From an uncultured Polyangiaceae bacterium (GTDB lineage: Bacteria; Myxococcota_A; Polyangia; Polyangiales; Polyangiaceae), in contig CAYOLF010000025.1 in the NCBI GenBank assembly GCA_964404725.1, positions 896 to 64,895 on the forward strand: DNA of 64,000 nt, given 5' to 3'. How positions within the stretch are numbered: the first letter of the stretch is position 1; each line of letters starts with the position of its first letter. This document shows, in pieces, positions 28,920 through 38,512 of the stretch. The position numbers and the translations under genes are program-made. A model generated the notes under the pieces. The model was given only the letters and a program-made list of their open reading frames with translations, made no database searches and had not been told where the DNA came from.

Positions 28920-29935
28920 CCAGACCGGCGCCCGCTCGGCGGCGCGCCGCTCCCACCAGGGCCGTCGCGGAGCGCGCGGCGATCGCCTGCCTCGAGCGCC
29001 TCTTCGGCGCGACCGGACCGGAGGTTGAGCTCGGGATCGGCGACGACGCCGCCGTCCTCCGGTGGGCGAGCGACCGTATGGTGTGGACCGTGGACGCCAG
29101 CGTCGAGGGCGTCCATTTCGACCGGAACTGGCTCTCCCTCGGCGACGTTGGGTGGCGCTCGTTCCACGCGGCCCTCAGTGACCTGGGGGCGATGGGCGCG
29201 CGTCCGGTCGCCGCGCTGTCGAGCCTCGTGCTCCCCGCCGGGACCACTCGCGCGGAACTCGTCGCGCTCGGCCGCGGTCAGGCCGCGGCCGCGAGGTCGC
29301 TCGGGTGTCCCATCGTGGGCGGGAACGTCTCCAGCGGCGATGTGCTGTCGGTGACCACGACCGCCGTCGGCGCCGCGCGCCGTGGGGTCGCCCGGAGTGG
29401 CGCCCGGCCCGGAGACGGAGTCTGGCTGCTCGGGGACGTCGGCCTGGCCGCGGCCGGGCTCCGGCTCCTACGCGACGGGCCCGAGGCGTGGCGATCCGCT
29501 CGCGCGGGGGCGGCTTGCGTACGGGCCTGGCGCCGCCCGCGCGCCCGGGTAGCGGAGGGTCTCGAGATCGCCCGGGTCGCCACCGCCGCCATCGACGTCT
29601 CCGACGGGCTCGCCGGCGACGTCGGCCAGCTCGCGAGCGCGAGCGGCGTGCGCGTCGTGCTCGACGAGGCGGCGCTCCGCTGCGCGCTCCGCCCGGAGCT
29701 CGTCGCCGTGAGCGCCGGCATCGGCCTCGATCCGCTCGCGCTCGCGCTCGAGGGCGGCGAGGACTACGCGCTGGTCGTCACGACGCGGCGGCGCCGCCCG
29801 CACCCGGCGAGCGTCCGGATCGGGCGCGTCGCCGCGGGCCGGGGGGCCTTCCTTGCCCGCTCCGAGGGCACGCTACGGCGGCTCGGCAATGGCTTCGAGC
29901 ACGGCTCCCGCCCCCGCGCGACGTGCGAGCCCTAA
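28916..29935 (+). CDS. thiL: Thiamine-monophosphate kinase
   Basis: GTG 28916 overlaps the kinase stop (GTGA). IGDDAAVL..WTVDASVEGVHF..GWRSFHAALSDLGAMGA.P.., GGNVS. Confidence 0.87.
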   Translation: MTRPAPARRRAAPTRAVAERAAIACLERLFGATGPEVELGIGDDAAVLRWASDRMVWTVDASVEGVHFDRNWLSLGDVGWRSFHAALSDLGAMGARPVAALSSLVLPAGTTRAELVALGRGQAAAARSLGCPIVGGNVSSGDVLSVTTTAVGAARRGVARSGARPGDGVWLLGDVGLAAAGLRLLRDGPEAWRSARAGAACVRAWRRPRARVAEGLEIARVATAAIDVSDGLAGDVGQLASASGVRVVLDEAALRCALRPELVAVSAGIGLDPLALALEGGEDYALVVTTRRRRPHPASVRIGRVAAGRGAFLARSEGTLRRLGNGFEHGSRPRATCEP

Positions 29936-30003
29936 CGACAGCGCACGGCGCCGAGCGCGCGGGGCGCCGCCGACGTGGCAGGCCCCCACGTTCTGCTACG
30001 TGC

Positions 30004-30420
30004 TCAGAAGCAGGCTGCCGGCAGCGTGCCGCCGCCGAGCGCCGCGCGGATCCCACCCATCGCCGCGCCGCGGTCCGCGCCGGAGGCGACGGCCGCATCG
30101 CAGGCGCCCGCCGCGGCCATCATGTACGCCTTCATCGGATCGGGTGCGCCGGCGGCGTTCTGCTTGAGGGCGGCGCAGCAGTTCTTCAGGCTCTGCGCGG
30201 GCGCCCCGGTGCCCTTGGGCTTCTCGGCGTCGGTGCCAGCGTCCACCTCTTCCTGGAAGGTGAGGACCGTCGGCGCCACCACCGTGGGCTCTGCCGTGGC
30301 AGACGGCATGGGCGGCGGCTCCTCGTCCTTCTTGCACATGCTTCCCATGAGGCCGAAGGAGAGCAGCAGGCCGAACGCGACGTGGGCGGCGGTACTGGTG
30401 AACGGCGAACGATCGATCAT
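30004..30420 (-). CDS. Small Cys-containing lipoprotein, hypothetical (138 aa)
   Basis: ATG 30420. MIDRSPFTSTAAHVAFGLLLSFGLMGSMC, then a Pro/Glu linker and an Ala-rich helical region with CC and two more Cys. Confidence 0.55.
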   Translation of the reverse strand: MIDRSPFTSTAAHVAFGLLLSFGLMGSMCKKDEEPPPMPSATAEPTVVAPTVLTFQEEVDAGTDAEKPKGTGAPAQSLKNCCAALKQNAAGAPDPMKAYMMAAAGACDAAVASGADRGAAMGGIRAALGGGTLPAACF

Positions 30421-30628
30421 CGCGTTTCTCCGAGCGGGCCGAGCCCGCGACGACAGGACGACGAGAATGGGGGTACGGTTGGGTCTTGGCCCTCCGCGGT
30501 CCCGGAACCCCACCCGGTACGGGTCAGGTCCCGCCGCGACCTCGCCCTTCTAGCCGACCCTGCGCGAAAATGCACCGAGGTCGCGAGAATCCCAGGATGA
30601 TGCGAACAAACCGGCCGTTCGGCGTGGG

Positions 30629-33600
30629 TTAGCTGCAGCCCATCGAATTGCCGCAGTTCAGGCACTTGTAGCAGGCGCCGTTGCGGACGGTGATGTGACC
30701 GCAGCCGTCACAGACGGGCGCGTCTCCCATCATCTCCTCGAGGTGCGCGTCGAGCGCGCCCAGGCCCTCCTTGCCGGACGGCGGCGGCACGGTCGTCGTG
30801 GAGAGCATCGGGTCCGGTGGCTCGGGGCGGTCCTCGACGAGGTTACGCTGGTTCGGATCCTCGAGCGGCGTGGGCGCCTCGGTGGGGCGCACCTGCGCGA
30901 AGTCGTAGCGCTGGAGGTACTCCACGCCGAGCACCCGGAAGATGTAATCGACGATCGAGGTCGCGAACTTGATGTTCGGGTGTCCGTTGACCACGCCGTG
31001 CGGCTCGAAGCGGGTGAAGGTGAACTGATCGACGTACTGTTCGAGCGGAACCCCGTACTGGATCCCGATCGACACCGACATCGCGAAGCAGTTCATCAGG
31101 GAGCGGAAGGCCGCGCCCTCCTTGTGCATGTCGATGAAGATCTCGCCGAGGGAGCCGTCGTCGTATTCACCGGTGCGGAGGAAGACCTTGTGGCCGCCGA
31201 CCAGCGCCTCCTGGGTGAACCCGGAGCGCTTCTTGGGCAGGCGGACCCGGGTGCCCGTGGGGGCGGAGGTGAGCCGCGGCTGCGGCGCCGGTGGTGGCAG
31301 CCGCGAGGGCATCTCCGCCGCGGCACTCTCGCTCGAGGCCTCGGCCGCCTCGGCGGGGGCCTCGCTCGAGCTGTCGGCGCCGCTGTTCAACGGCTGGGAG
31401 GCCTTGCACCCGTCGCGGTAGATCGCGACGGCCTTCAGGCCGAGCTTCCACCCCTCCTCGTAGATGCCCCTGACGTCGTCGACCGTGGCGTCGTTGGGGA
31501 GGTTCACCGTCTTGCTGATGGCGCCCGAGAGGAACGGCTGGGCCGCCGCCATCATCTTGACGTGGGCCAGCGGCGCCAGGAACCGGCGGCCGCGCTTCCC
31601 GCAGCGGTTGGCGCAGTCGAAGATCACCTCGTGGTGCGGTTCGAGGTAGGGGGCTCCCTCGATGGTCATGTGACCGACGATCACCTCGTTGGCCTCCTCG
31701 ATCTGCGCCGCCGAGAAGCCGAGGTGGGCGAGCAGGCTGAACCCAGGCTTCGCCATCCGCTCGGCCGTGACGCCGAGGCGCTCGTAAGTCTCCTTGCCGA
31801 CGACCCACGGCGCGAAGGCGAGGCCGAGGTCGAAGACCCCCGGGATGGAGTCCTCGATGCGGTCGAGGGCCTCGTCGTCGAGCCCCTTCTCGCGCAGCGT
31901 GGCGCGGTTGACGTGCGGCGCGCCGAGCAGGGTGTTCGTGCCCGAGACGTAGGCGACGATCTCTTGCACCTGCGCCTCGGAGTAGCCGAGCCGGCGCAGC
32001 GCGAGCGGCACGGACTGGTTGACGATCTTGAAGTAGCCGCCGCCGGCGAGCTTCTTGAACTTCACCAGCGCGAAGTCGGGCTCGATCCCGGTCGTGTCGC
32101 AGTCCATCAAGAGCCCGATCGTCCCCGTGGGGGCGAGCACCGTCGCCTGCGCGTTCCGGTACCCGTGGTCCTCGCCGAGGCGCACGGCCGCGTCCCAGTC
32201 CTCGCAGGCCGCGCGCCAGAGGGGCTCCGGACACTCGTCGCGGTGGATGGCGTAGGCGGCCTCCTGGTGCATCCGCATCACGCGGAGCATCGGCGCCCGG
32301 TTCCGCTCGAAACCCGGGAACGCACCCTTGTGCGCGGCCAGCCGGGCGCTCGTCGCGAAGGCCCGGCCGCACAGGATGGCGGTCAGCGCTCCGGCCATGG
32401 CCCGTGCCCGGTCGGAGTCGTAGGGAATGCCGAGCTGCATCAGCAGGGTGCCGAGGTTGGCGTAACCGAGGCCGAGCGGGCGGTACTCGTGCGAGGTCTG
32501 CGCGATCGGGCGCGTCGGATAGCTGGACAGGTCGACCAGGATCTCCTGGGCGACGAAGAAGATGTCGACCGCCCGGCGATAGGACTCGACGTCGAAGCTG
32601 CCGTCGTCGCGGAGGAACTTGCTGAGGTTGAGCGACGAGAGGTTGCAGGCCGAGTCGTCGAGGAACATGTACTCGGAGCAGGGGTTCGAGGCGTTGATCC
32701 GGCCGCTGTTGGGGCAGGTGTGCCAGCGGTTGATGGTCGAGTCGTACTGCACGCCCGGGTCCGCGCACCACCAGGCTGCCTCCGCGACGTGCTGCCAGAG
32801 CTCGGCCGCGTCGAGCGTCTCGACGACCTCGCCGGTCGTGCGCATCCGCGTCTGCCACTTGCCGTTGCCGAGCGCGGCGCGCATGAACTCGTCGGAGACG
32901 CGGATCGAGTTGTTGGAGTTCTGCCCGCCGACGGTGCGATACGCCTCACCGTTGAAGTCGGCGTCGTAACCGGCGGCGATCAGTGCGCGCGCCTTCTTCT
33001 CCTCGCGCACCTTCCAGGTGACGAAATCCACGATCTCGGGGTGATCCATGTCCAGGCAGACCATCTTGGCGGCCCGTCGCGTGGTCCCGCCGGACTTGGT
33101 CGCCCCTGCGGCGCGGTCGAACACCTCGAGGAAGCTCATGAGGCCGCTCGAGGTGCCCCCGCCGGACAGCTTCTCCTGCTTGCCGCGGATGGCGCTGAAG
33201 TTGCTGCCCGTCCCGGAGCCGTACTTGAACAGCCGGGCCTCGTGCTTGACCAGCTCGTAGATCGACATCAGGTCGTCATCGACCTTCTGGATGAAGCAGG
33301 CCGAGCACTGGGGCCGCTGGTAGGCGTTCTCCGTCTCCACGATGGTGTCGGTCGCCGCGTCCCAGGCCCAGCTGCCGCCGGAGCCCTCGATCCCGTACTC
33401 GTGGAAGAGGCCGCAGTTGAACCAGACCGGGGAGTTGAAAGCGCCGTACTGGTTTACCAGGAGGAAGGCGAGCTCCGCCTCGAACGCATCGGCGTCCCGG
33501 CGGGTGGCGAAATAGGCGCCCATCTCCTCGCCGGCGACGCGGATGGTGTGCGCGACGCGGTGCACGACCTGACGGACGCTGGTCTCGCCCACGTCCTTGT

Positions 33601-34111
33601 CACCGCCGATGCCGGCCTTGCGGAAGTACTTGGAGACGACGATGTCGGTCGCGAGCTGCGACCAGGTCGCCGGGATCTCGGCGCCTTCCATGCGGAAGAC
33701 GATGCTCCCGTCGGAGCTGTAGATGGCGCTCTCGCGCCGCTCCCACTCCACGCTGGCGAAGGGGTCGGCGAGCGGCTGGGAGCCGTCGCCGGTCAGCGTG
33801 AAGTGGCGCTCGATCGCCAGCCCGCGACCGCGACGGTTCTTTCGCTGCGAGGCCGCGCGTCGGGTGCGTGCTCGTTCGCTGACGTCGTCGGACGGCGATG
33901 CGTCCCGCGCCGGGCTCTCCGCGGTGGGCTCGCCGGCAGACCGTGCCGTCGCCGAGAGGGCCGGCTGCGTGTCCGGGGCCCCCTGGGTCTCGAGCGGGGC
34001 GGCCGCCTCGCTTCGGTCCGCCAGGGCGTCAGCGCTGCCCCCTGCCTCGCGCGTGCCATTCCTGTTTCGCTTCACGGACGACTCCTGACCCACGAGCATC
34101 GACTGCGCCAT
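30629..34111 (-). CDS. nrdJ: Class II (adenosylcobalamin-dependent) ribonucleotide reductase
   Basis: I re-set the start to ATG 34111 (SD GGAAGGAAG 9 nt upstream). ..PQCSACFI.., [22 protein letters not shown]-terminal Zn-ribbon-like [22 protein letters not shown] disordered N-terminal extension of about 120 aa. Confidence 0.93.
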   Translation of the reverse strand: MAQSMLVGQESSVKRNRNGTREAGGSADALADRSEAAAPLETQGAPDTQPALSATARSAGEPTAESPARDASPSDDVSERARTRRAASQRKNRRGRGLAIERHFTLTGDGSQPLADPFASVEWERRESAIYSSDGSIVFRMEGAEIPATWSQLATDIVVSKYFRKAGIGGDKDVGETSVRQVVHRVAHTIRVAGEEMGAYFATRRDADAFEAELAFLLVNQYGAFNSPVWFNCGLFHEYGIEGSGGSWAWDAATDTIVETENAYQRPQCSACFIQKVDDDLMSIYELVKHEARLFKYGSGTGSNFSAIRGKQEKLSGGGTSSGLMSFLEVFDRAAGATKSGGTTRRAAKMVCLDMDHPEIVDFVTWKVREEKKARALIAAGYDADFNGEAYRTVGGQNSNNSIRVSDEFMRAALGNGKWQTRMRTTGEVVETLDAAELWQHVAEAAWWCADPGVQYDSTINRWHTCPNSGRINASNPCSEYMFLDDSACNLSSLNLSKFLRDDGSFDVESYRRAVDIFFVAQEILVDLSSYPTRPIAQTSHEYRPLGLGYANLGTLLMQLGIPYDSDRARAMAGALTAILCGRAFATSARLAAHKGAFPGFERNRAPMLRVMRMHQEAAYAIHRDECPEPLWRAACEDWDAAVRLGEDHGYRNAQATVLAPTGTIGLLMDCDTTGIEPDFALVKFKKLAGGGYFKIVNQSVPLALRRLGYSEAQVQEIVAYVSGTNTLLGAPHVNRATLREKGLDDEALDRIEDSIPGVFDLGLAFAPWVVGKETYERLGVTAERMAKPGFSLLAHLGFSAAQIEEANEVIVGHMTIEGAPYLEPHHEVIFDCANRCGKRGRRFLAPLAHVKMMAAAQPFLSGAISKTVNLPNDATVDDVRGIYEEGWKLGLKAVAIYRDGCKASQPLNSGADSSSEAPAEAAEASSESAAAEMPSRLPPPAPQPRLTSAPTGTRVRLPKKRSGFTQEALVGGHKVFLRTGEYDDGSLGEIFIDMHKEGAAFRSLMNCFAMSVSIGIQYGVPLEQYVDQFTFTRFEPHGVVNGHPNIKFATSIVDYIFRVLGVEYLQRYDFAQVRPTEAPTPLEDPNQRNLVEDRPEPPDPMLSTTTVPPPSGKEGLGALDAHLEEMMGDAPVCDGCGHITVRNGACYKCLNCGNSMGCS

Positions 34112-34399
34112 CCCTGTCCACTTCCTTCCCTGTGGGGCCTTCGGCGTCGCCTTGGCAGGCGATCGCGGCTGCTCCCGCGAAACTCCGGACAAAAAACATC
34201 CCTGGGGCCCGCCGGTGCCCAGTAGAGCCCCTGCGGGAACGCCCCTCTCCTAGCGAAGCCAGCACCCTCCTACGGAGGGACCGAACAGCAAGCCGTCTTG
34301 GTAACTACAGCGACCCGCCTGCCGTCCGGATCGGCGTGCGCCGAGGACCTCGGCTGCACGCCTGCGCACTGGGCGACGCGGCGAGCGAGAACCGGGTGT

Positions 34400-34449
34400 A
34401 CCCCAACAGGTTGTGGTCGGGCAACTAAAAACCACAAGCAGTAGGTGGT
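34400..34449 (-). promoter_or_regulatory. Two NrdR-box-like imperfect palindromes about 31.5 bp apart, flanking an AT-rich TTTTAGT
   Basis: Coding-strand ACCACCTACTGCTTGTGGT (34449-34431) and ACCACAACCTGTTGGGGT (34417-34400). Both have CCAC(A)A..TTGTGG-type arms. Tandem spacing of about three helical turns is typical of NrdR operators. Confidence 0.4.
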
Positions 34450-34582
34450 GAGGGAGGAAGGCTACGAATGGACTGAACTTTCGTCCCCTGAACACAACAT
34501 TGCCCGAGCTTGTCCCGAGGCCTCGCCCACGAGGTCCGCAGCCTGTGCACAGGTTTCGATCCCAGCGTGACCGGCCCGACGT

Positions 34583-36259
34583 TCAGCGGGGTCCGGCGAC
34601 GCTCCGCTGGACGGCCAGATCGGCCGGTGCCCACACATTGAGCGGTCCCAGGCGCGAGAGCCGCGCGACGAGCCCGTCGGGGTCGCCGAGCACGACGAGC
34701 CGCCAGCGGCGCGCGTCGAACAGCGCCGCGCTCGCGCGCGCGACGTCCCCGACGGTGAGCGCCGTCCAGAGGTCGCGCTCGGCGCGGCCCGCGTCCGGCG
34801 CCTCGCCCGTCAGGACCTCGCGCACGAGCTCCTCGGCGAGCGCCCGGCTGCTCGCCCACCGCAGCGGCAGCCGGTCGACGTGCACGCGCACGGCCGCGGC
34901 GACCGTCGCGGCCGAGAGGGCGCGCTCGCCGGGCTCGTCGCTCCACGCCGTGAGCTGCTGGGCCGCAGTAACAGCGGCCTCGGCGGGCACCCGCTGCCCG
35001 GCCACCAGCGACGCCGTGCGATCGCCGTCGACCTCGAGCGCGCACCAGCGGGGGCTCGCCGCGGGCCAGGCCGCACTCCCGGGCGGTGGCTGCAGGCGCA
35101 GGGAAGCGCAGCGGATCGTCGCCGCCGCCTGCAGCGCCACCAGGTCGCGCGGCGCCGTCACGGGCGTGACCGCCACCACGAGCACGTCGGCGTAGGGAAC
35201 GGCGTCACGGGCGAGGAGCTCCACGGCCGCACCTGGCTCGCCCACGCGGGTGAGGGAGGGGCTCGCCGCGGGGGGATCGCTCGCTGCGCGCGGCGGGCTC
35301 GCCGCCTTCCAGTCCAGGAAGGCCTTGCGGAGCTCCTCGCCGGTCGCCGCCGGATCCACGTCTCCGACGACCACGATCGACGCGGCCGAGCGCACGACGT
35401 GGGTCGAATGCCAATCCTGGCACTCCCGCAGCGAGACCAGCCCGAGCTCGTGCGCCGAGGGGTCGAGCCACGAGCCGTCGCCCGAGAGCCCCGGCGGGAG
35501 GCTCGCGCGCCCGGCGACGACCCGGGCGGCGAAGCGCGCGTCGAGCTCGGCGCGGCCACGGACCGCCTCGACCTCGAGGCTTCGGGTCCGCTCGAGCCCC
35601 GTCCCCAGCGAGGTCCGCTGCGTGACCTCCTCCGCGAGCGCCGCGGCTGCGACGCCAAGCCGGGTCGGCGTGACCTGCACCCACCAGGTGACGGCTCCAC
35701 GATCGACCGTCGTCCAGGTGCCGGAGCCGGCGGCGGGCACGCCCTTGCCGACGAGGCGGCGCTCGAGCGCCGCGCCCAGCGTGCGGGCCACGAGGTGAGC
35801 CGCCCCGGGCGAGCTGTTCCGGGGCGCGGCAGGGGCGCCGACCACCAGCGCCAGGGTGACGAGCGGCGCTCCTGGTCGGGGGGCGACCAGCAGTCGCAGT
35901 CCCCCCTCGAGCCGGAGCTCCTCGACCGCGGGGAAATCGACCTCGGCGGGCGGGGCGGGCGGTGGTGGGGGACTGCCGCTGCCGTCCGGTGCCGCCCCGG
36001 ATCGCGTTGCGGACGCCGGGGTCGAGTCCGGGCCGCCCCGGCTCCGCGCGGCGCTCGAGCTCGAGGCGGGATGAGCCACTCCGGCACAGCCGAGCGCGAC
36101 GATCGCTGCCGTCATGGCGGCCACCCCCACGCCAACCCGGGTGCGGGTCGCGGTCAGGGCCAGCGACCAGCGGTTTGGAGCGGCTCGAACGGTGGCGGTT
36201 CGAGCTGAGGCGTCGCCGGGCATCGCCCGTCGAATACCCGCGGAGGGGGCGCGCGACAA
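34583..36259 (-). CDS. Peptidase M16 (pitrilysin)-like lipoprotein with a degenerate zinc motif
   Basis: Signal/lipobox ..AAMTAAIVALGCAG. M16-like N-terminal fold. At the HxxEH position the sequence is GAAHLVARTL (H-L-V-A-R). The start is uncertain (36259 or ATG 36223). Confidence 0.75.
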   Translation of the reverse strand: MSRAPSAGIRRAMPGDASARTATVRAAPNRWSLALTATRTRVGVGVAAMTAAIVALGCAGVAHPASSSSAARSRGGPDSTPASATRSGAAPDGSGSPPPPPAPPAEVDFPAVEELRLEGGLRLLVAPRPGAPLVTLALVVGAPAAPRNSSPGAAHLVARTLGAALERRLVGKGVPAAGSGTWTTVDRGAVTWWVQVTPTRLGVAAAALAEEVTQRTSLGTGLERTRSLEVEAVRGRAELDARFAARVVAGRASLPPGLSGDGSWLDPSAHELGLVSLRECQDWHSTHVVRSAASIVVVGDVDPAATGEELRKAFLDWKAASPPRAASDPPAASPSLTRVGEPGAAVELLARDAVPYADVLVVAVTPVTAPRDLVALQAAATIRCASLRLQPPPGSAAWPAASPRWCALEVDGDRTASLVAGQRVPAEAAVTAAQQLTAWSDEPGERALSAATVAAAVRVHVDRLPLRWASSRALAEELVREVLTGEAPDAGRAERDLWTALTVGDVARASAALFDARRWRLVVLGDPDGLVARLSRLGPLNVWAPADLAVQRSVAGPR

Positions 36260-36305
36260 CGCCCGGACGCCGCCGCGCCGGGCCGGCGGGCTCGCCGCCG
36301 CTCGT

Positions 36306-36336
36306 CCCCCCGGGCACCTGTCAGGGGGCTTTTTTT
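36306..36336 (+). terminator. Intrinsic-terminator-like hairpin plus T7 tract in a divergent intergenic region
   Basis: CCCCCC(36306-11)-12 nt-GGGGG(36324-28)-C-TTTTTTT(36330-36). This is the longest T run I saw in the window. Confidence 0.35.
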
Positions 36337-36383
36337 CGGCCTTCGCTGGGCCCGGTGGTTATGCTTGCCACTTCGGCTCCCTC

Positions 36384-37196
36384 ATGCTCGTCCTGCTCGG
36401 ACCATCCTTCGACGGTTCGCCCGAGGCCTTCGCCAAGCTGGCGGCGGTGACCGGGCTCGTCGCCTACGACCTGCGGTCGCGCATCAAGCCCGGCTCGTGG
36501 GGGGTCATCCGGTCGCTTGCGGACCAGGAGCAGGTCAAGGACATGGTCGCGCGACTGCGCCGCGAGGGGTTCCCGGTGGTGGCCGTCGAGCTCGAGCGGG
36601 CGTGGAGCTCCGACCGGCAATTCGTCAGGGCACAGGCGCTTCGCCTCGAGCCTGGGGGGCTCGTCCTGCGCGTCCGCGATCAGGACATGGAGCTGCCATA
36701 CGCGGCGGTGTTGGCGATCGTGCGCGGCGAGGTCGGCACGGAGTCCCGGCCGCCACCCCGCGTCAAGGGGCCGAGCAGCGCGACCTTTCGTGCCGTGGTC
36801 GGGGGTGTCGAGGCGAACGCTCTCCGCGACACCGCGGCGCGCGCGGTCGACACCCACCAGGCCGCTGATCTGCACTTTTACACCGTGCGCTGGAGCGCCC
36901 GCCTCGACCCCCGCACCACGGATCTCAGCGGCATCCCGGGGACGACCGGCGTGGCTGCGCGCGACCTCGATCGGGTCGCCGCCGAGATCGCCAGCCGCAC
37001 GGGGCTGCGCGTGGAACAGGGATCGCGAATGAGCAGCCTCGCGTCCTACGCCACGCAGGTGCATCGCTCGCCAGCGCCGGGCTCGGCGCCGCCGGACGAG
37101 CCGCGCGACCGCTTCGACGGCTACTCGCGGCTGGTGGCGGAGGCGGAGCTCGCGGAGGCGCGCGCGCGCGGTGTCCCCCAAGACCGCCCAGTTTGA
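36384..37196 (+). CDS. Hypothetical protein (270 aa) upstream of hypA
   Basis: ATG 36384. MLVLLGPSFDGSPEAFAKLAAVTGLVAYDLRSRIKPGSWGVIRSL... Good coding-like composition, no family recognised, no SD seen. Confidence 0.55.
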   Translation: MLVLLGPSFDGSPEAFAKLAAVTGLVAYDLRSRIKPGSWGVIRSLADQEQVKDMVARLRREGFPVVAVELERAWSSDRQFVRAQALRLEPGGLVLRVRDQDMELPYAAVLAIVRGEVGTESRPPPRVKGPSSATFRAVVGGVEANALRDTAARAVDTHQAADLHFYTVRWSARLDPRTTDLSGIPGTTGVAARDLDRVAAEIASRTGLRVEQGSRMSSLASYATQVHRSPAPGSAPPDEPRDRFDGYSRLVAEAELAEARARGVPQDRPV

Positions 37197-37263
37197 GGGC
37201 GGTTCCGGTAATGAACGGGGACCGCTGGCGGGCCTCGCCGAGCCGTGGGAAAGGACGACCAGG

Positions 37264-37605
37264 ATGCACGAGTACTCCCTGGTGCTCGCCCTGCTCGATC
37301 AGGTCGCGGCGCACGTGGCGGCGCACCCCGGGGCGGCCGTGCGCCGCGTCGAGCTGCGCGTGGGGGACCAGGCCGGCGTGGTCCCCGAGCTGCTCGAGAC
37401 GGCGTTTGAGGTCGCTCGCGAGCACACCCCCGCCGCCCACGCCGAGCTGGTGATCGAGCGGGTCCCCGCGCGGTGGGCCTGCCCCCGCTGCACGCGGGAG
37501 GTGGCGGGCGATGGCCCGCTCGTCTGCGGCGCCTGTGGCGAGCCGGCGTGCCTCGTGGCAGGAGATGAGCTCGATCTGCTGCGGCTCGAGCTGGAGGTGC
37601 CCTAG
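37264..37605 (+). CDS. hypA: Hydrogenase nickel insertion protein HypA
   Basis: MHEYSLV.., CPRC..CGAC zinc motif, SD GGAAAGGA upstream. Confidence 0.93.
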   Translation: MHEYSLVLALLDQVAAHVAAHPGAAVRRVELRVGDQAGVVPELLETAFEVAREHTPAAHAELVIERVPARWACPRCTREVAGDGPLVCGACGEPACLVAGDELDLLRLELEVP

Positions 37606-37606
37606 A

Positions 37607-38338
37607 ATGTGCGATACCTGCGGTTGCGGTGACCACGACCTGGTCCCCGTCGAGATCCACCAGCGCCTGCTCGACGCCAACGACCGGCTGGCGCGTCACA
37701 ACCGCGAGCACTTCATCGAGCACGGCGTGCTCGCGGTGAACGTCATGGGCTCGCCCGGGTCGGGCAAGACCGCGCTGCTGGAGGCGACGGCCCGGTCGCT
37801 CCACGGCGCGCGGCGCGTACTGGCGGTGAGCGGGGATCTGGCCACCGACCACGACGCGCAGCGGCTCCAGGCGGCGGGGATCGAGTCGCGCGCCATCACC
37901 ACCGGCACCGCCTGTCACCTCGACGCGCGACTCGTCCACGACGCGCTGCACTCGATGGAGTGGTGGCGGGCTGACGTCCTGTTCGTGGAGAACGTGGGCA
38001 ACCTGGTGTGCCCGGCGATCTACGACCTGGGGCAGGCCGCGAACGTGGTCGTGCTCAGCGTGACCGAGGGCGAGGACAAGCCCCTCAAGTATCCGGTGAT
38101 GTTCCGCAAGGCGGATCTGGTGGTGGTGAGCAAGACGGACCTCGTCGCGCACCTGCCGGGCATGGAGCTCGGGCGGCTGCACGACGCGCTCGCCCGCACC
38201 ATGCCCCGTCCGCGCGCCATCGAGGTTTCGGCGGTGACCGGCCAGGGCATCCCGGAGTGGCTCGCGTGGCTCGAGGAGCAGCGGGCGCGGCTCCCCGCGG
38301 CGACGGCCCATCCCGACGCCCCGCACACGCACGGGTAG
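37607..38338 (+). CDS. hypB: Hydrogenase maturation GTPase HypB
   Basis: MCDTCGCG (CxxCGC Ni site), GSPGSGKT, ENVGNLVCP, SKTDL. Confidence 0.95.
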   Translation: MCDTCGCGDHDLVPVEIHQRLLDANDRLARHNREHFIEHGVLAVNVMGSPGSGKTALLEATARSLHGARRVLAVSGDLATDHDAQRLQAAGIESRAITTGTACHLDARLVHDALHSMEWWRADVLFVENVGNLVCPAIYDLGQAANVVVLSVTEGEDKPLKYPVMFRKADLVVVSKTDLVAHLPGMELGRLHDALARTMPRPRAIEVSAVTGQGIPEWLAWLEEQRARLPAATAHPDAPHTHG

Positions 38339-38512
38339 CCGCCCCCGGGGCCCCGGCCGCGGCGCAGGCGTTCGGCCCGCGTCGTCTCGTCAGTGTTCCG
38401 GTGAGGGTGGAGGGTGAGGCGACCCGGATCGGTGGGGAGCGAGTGTCGTGGGGCCGGGCAGAAACGCACAAGGCTTGATGCCCGGCTCGCGGTCGCTGAG
38501 TACTCGTCCTGT

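Noticed and set aside
30695-34225. 1176-aa plus-strand ORF
   Set aside because: It is the antisense shadow of nrdJ. It is Arg/Gly/Leu/Pro-rich with no recognisable motifs, while the opposite strand carries clear class II RNR signatures.
34112-34460. Cobalamin riboswitch upstream of nrdJ
   Set aside because: I could not find a B12-box (..GCCACTG..-type core) or the conserved GGGAA/GGTG elements. A B12 riboswitch would also be functionally unexpected for the B12-dependent RNR.
34470-34500. LexA/SOS box near the GTTCAG direct repeats upstream of nrdJ, and at the sbcD dyads (57008-57040)
   Set aside because: Only the GTTCAG half resembles the Myxococcus-type box (CTRHAMRYBYGTTCAGS as I recall it), and the upstream 10 positions mismatch. 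The sbcD dyads match no LexA consensus that I know.
38475-38512. Promoter TTGATG-N17/18-(G)AGTACT giving a leaderless GH16 mRNA
   Set aside because: The -10 match is only about 3/6. This is too weak to call without transcript data.
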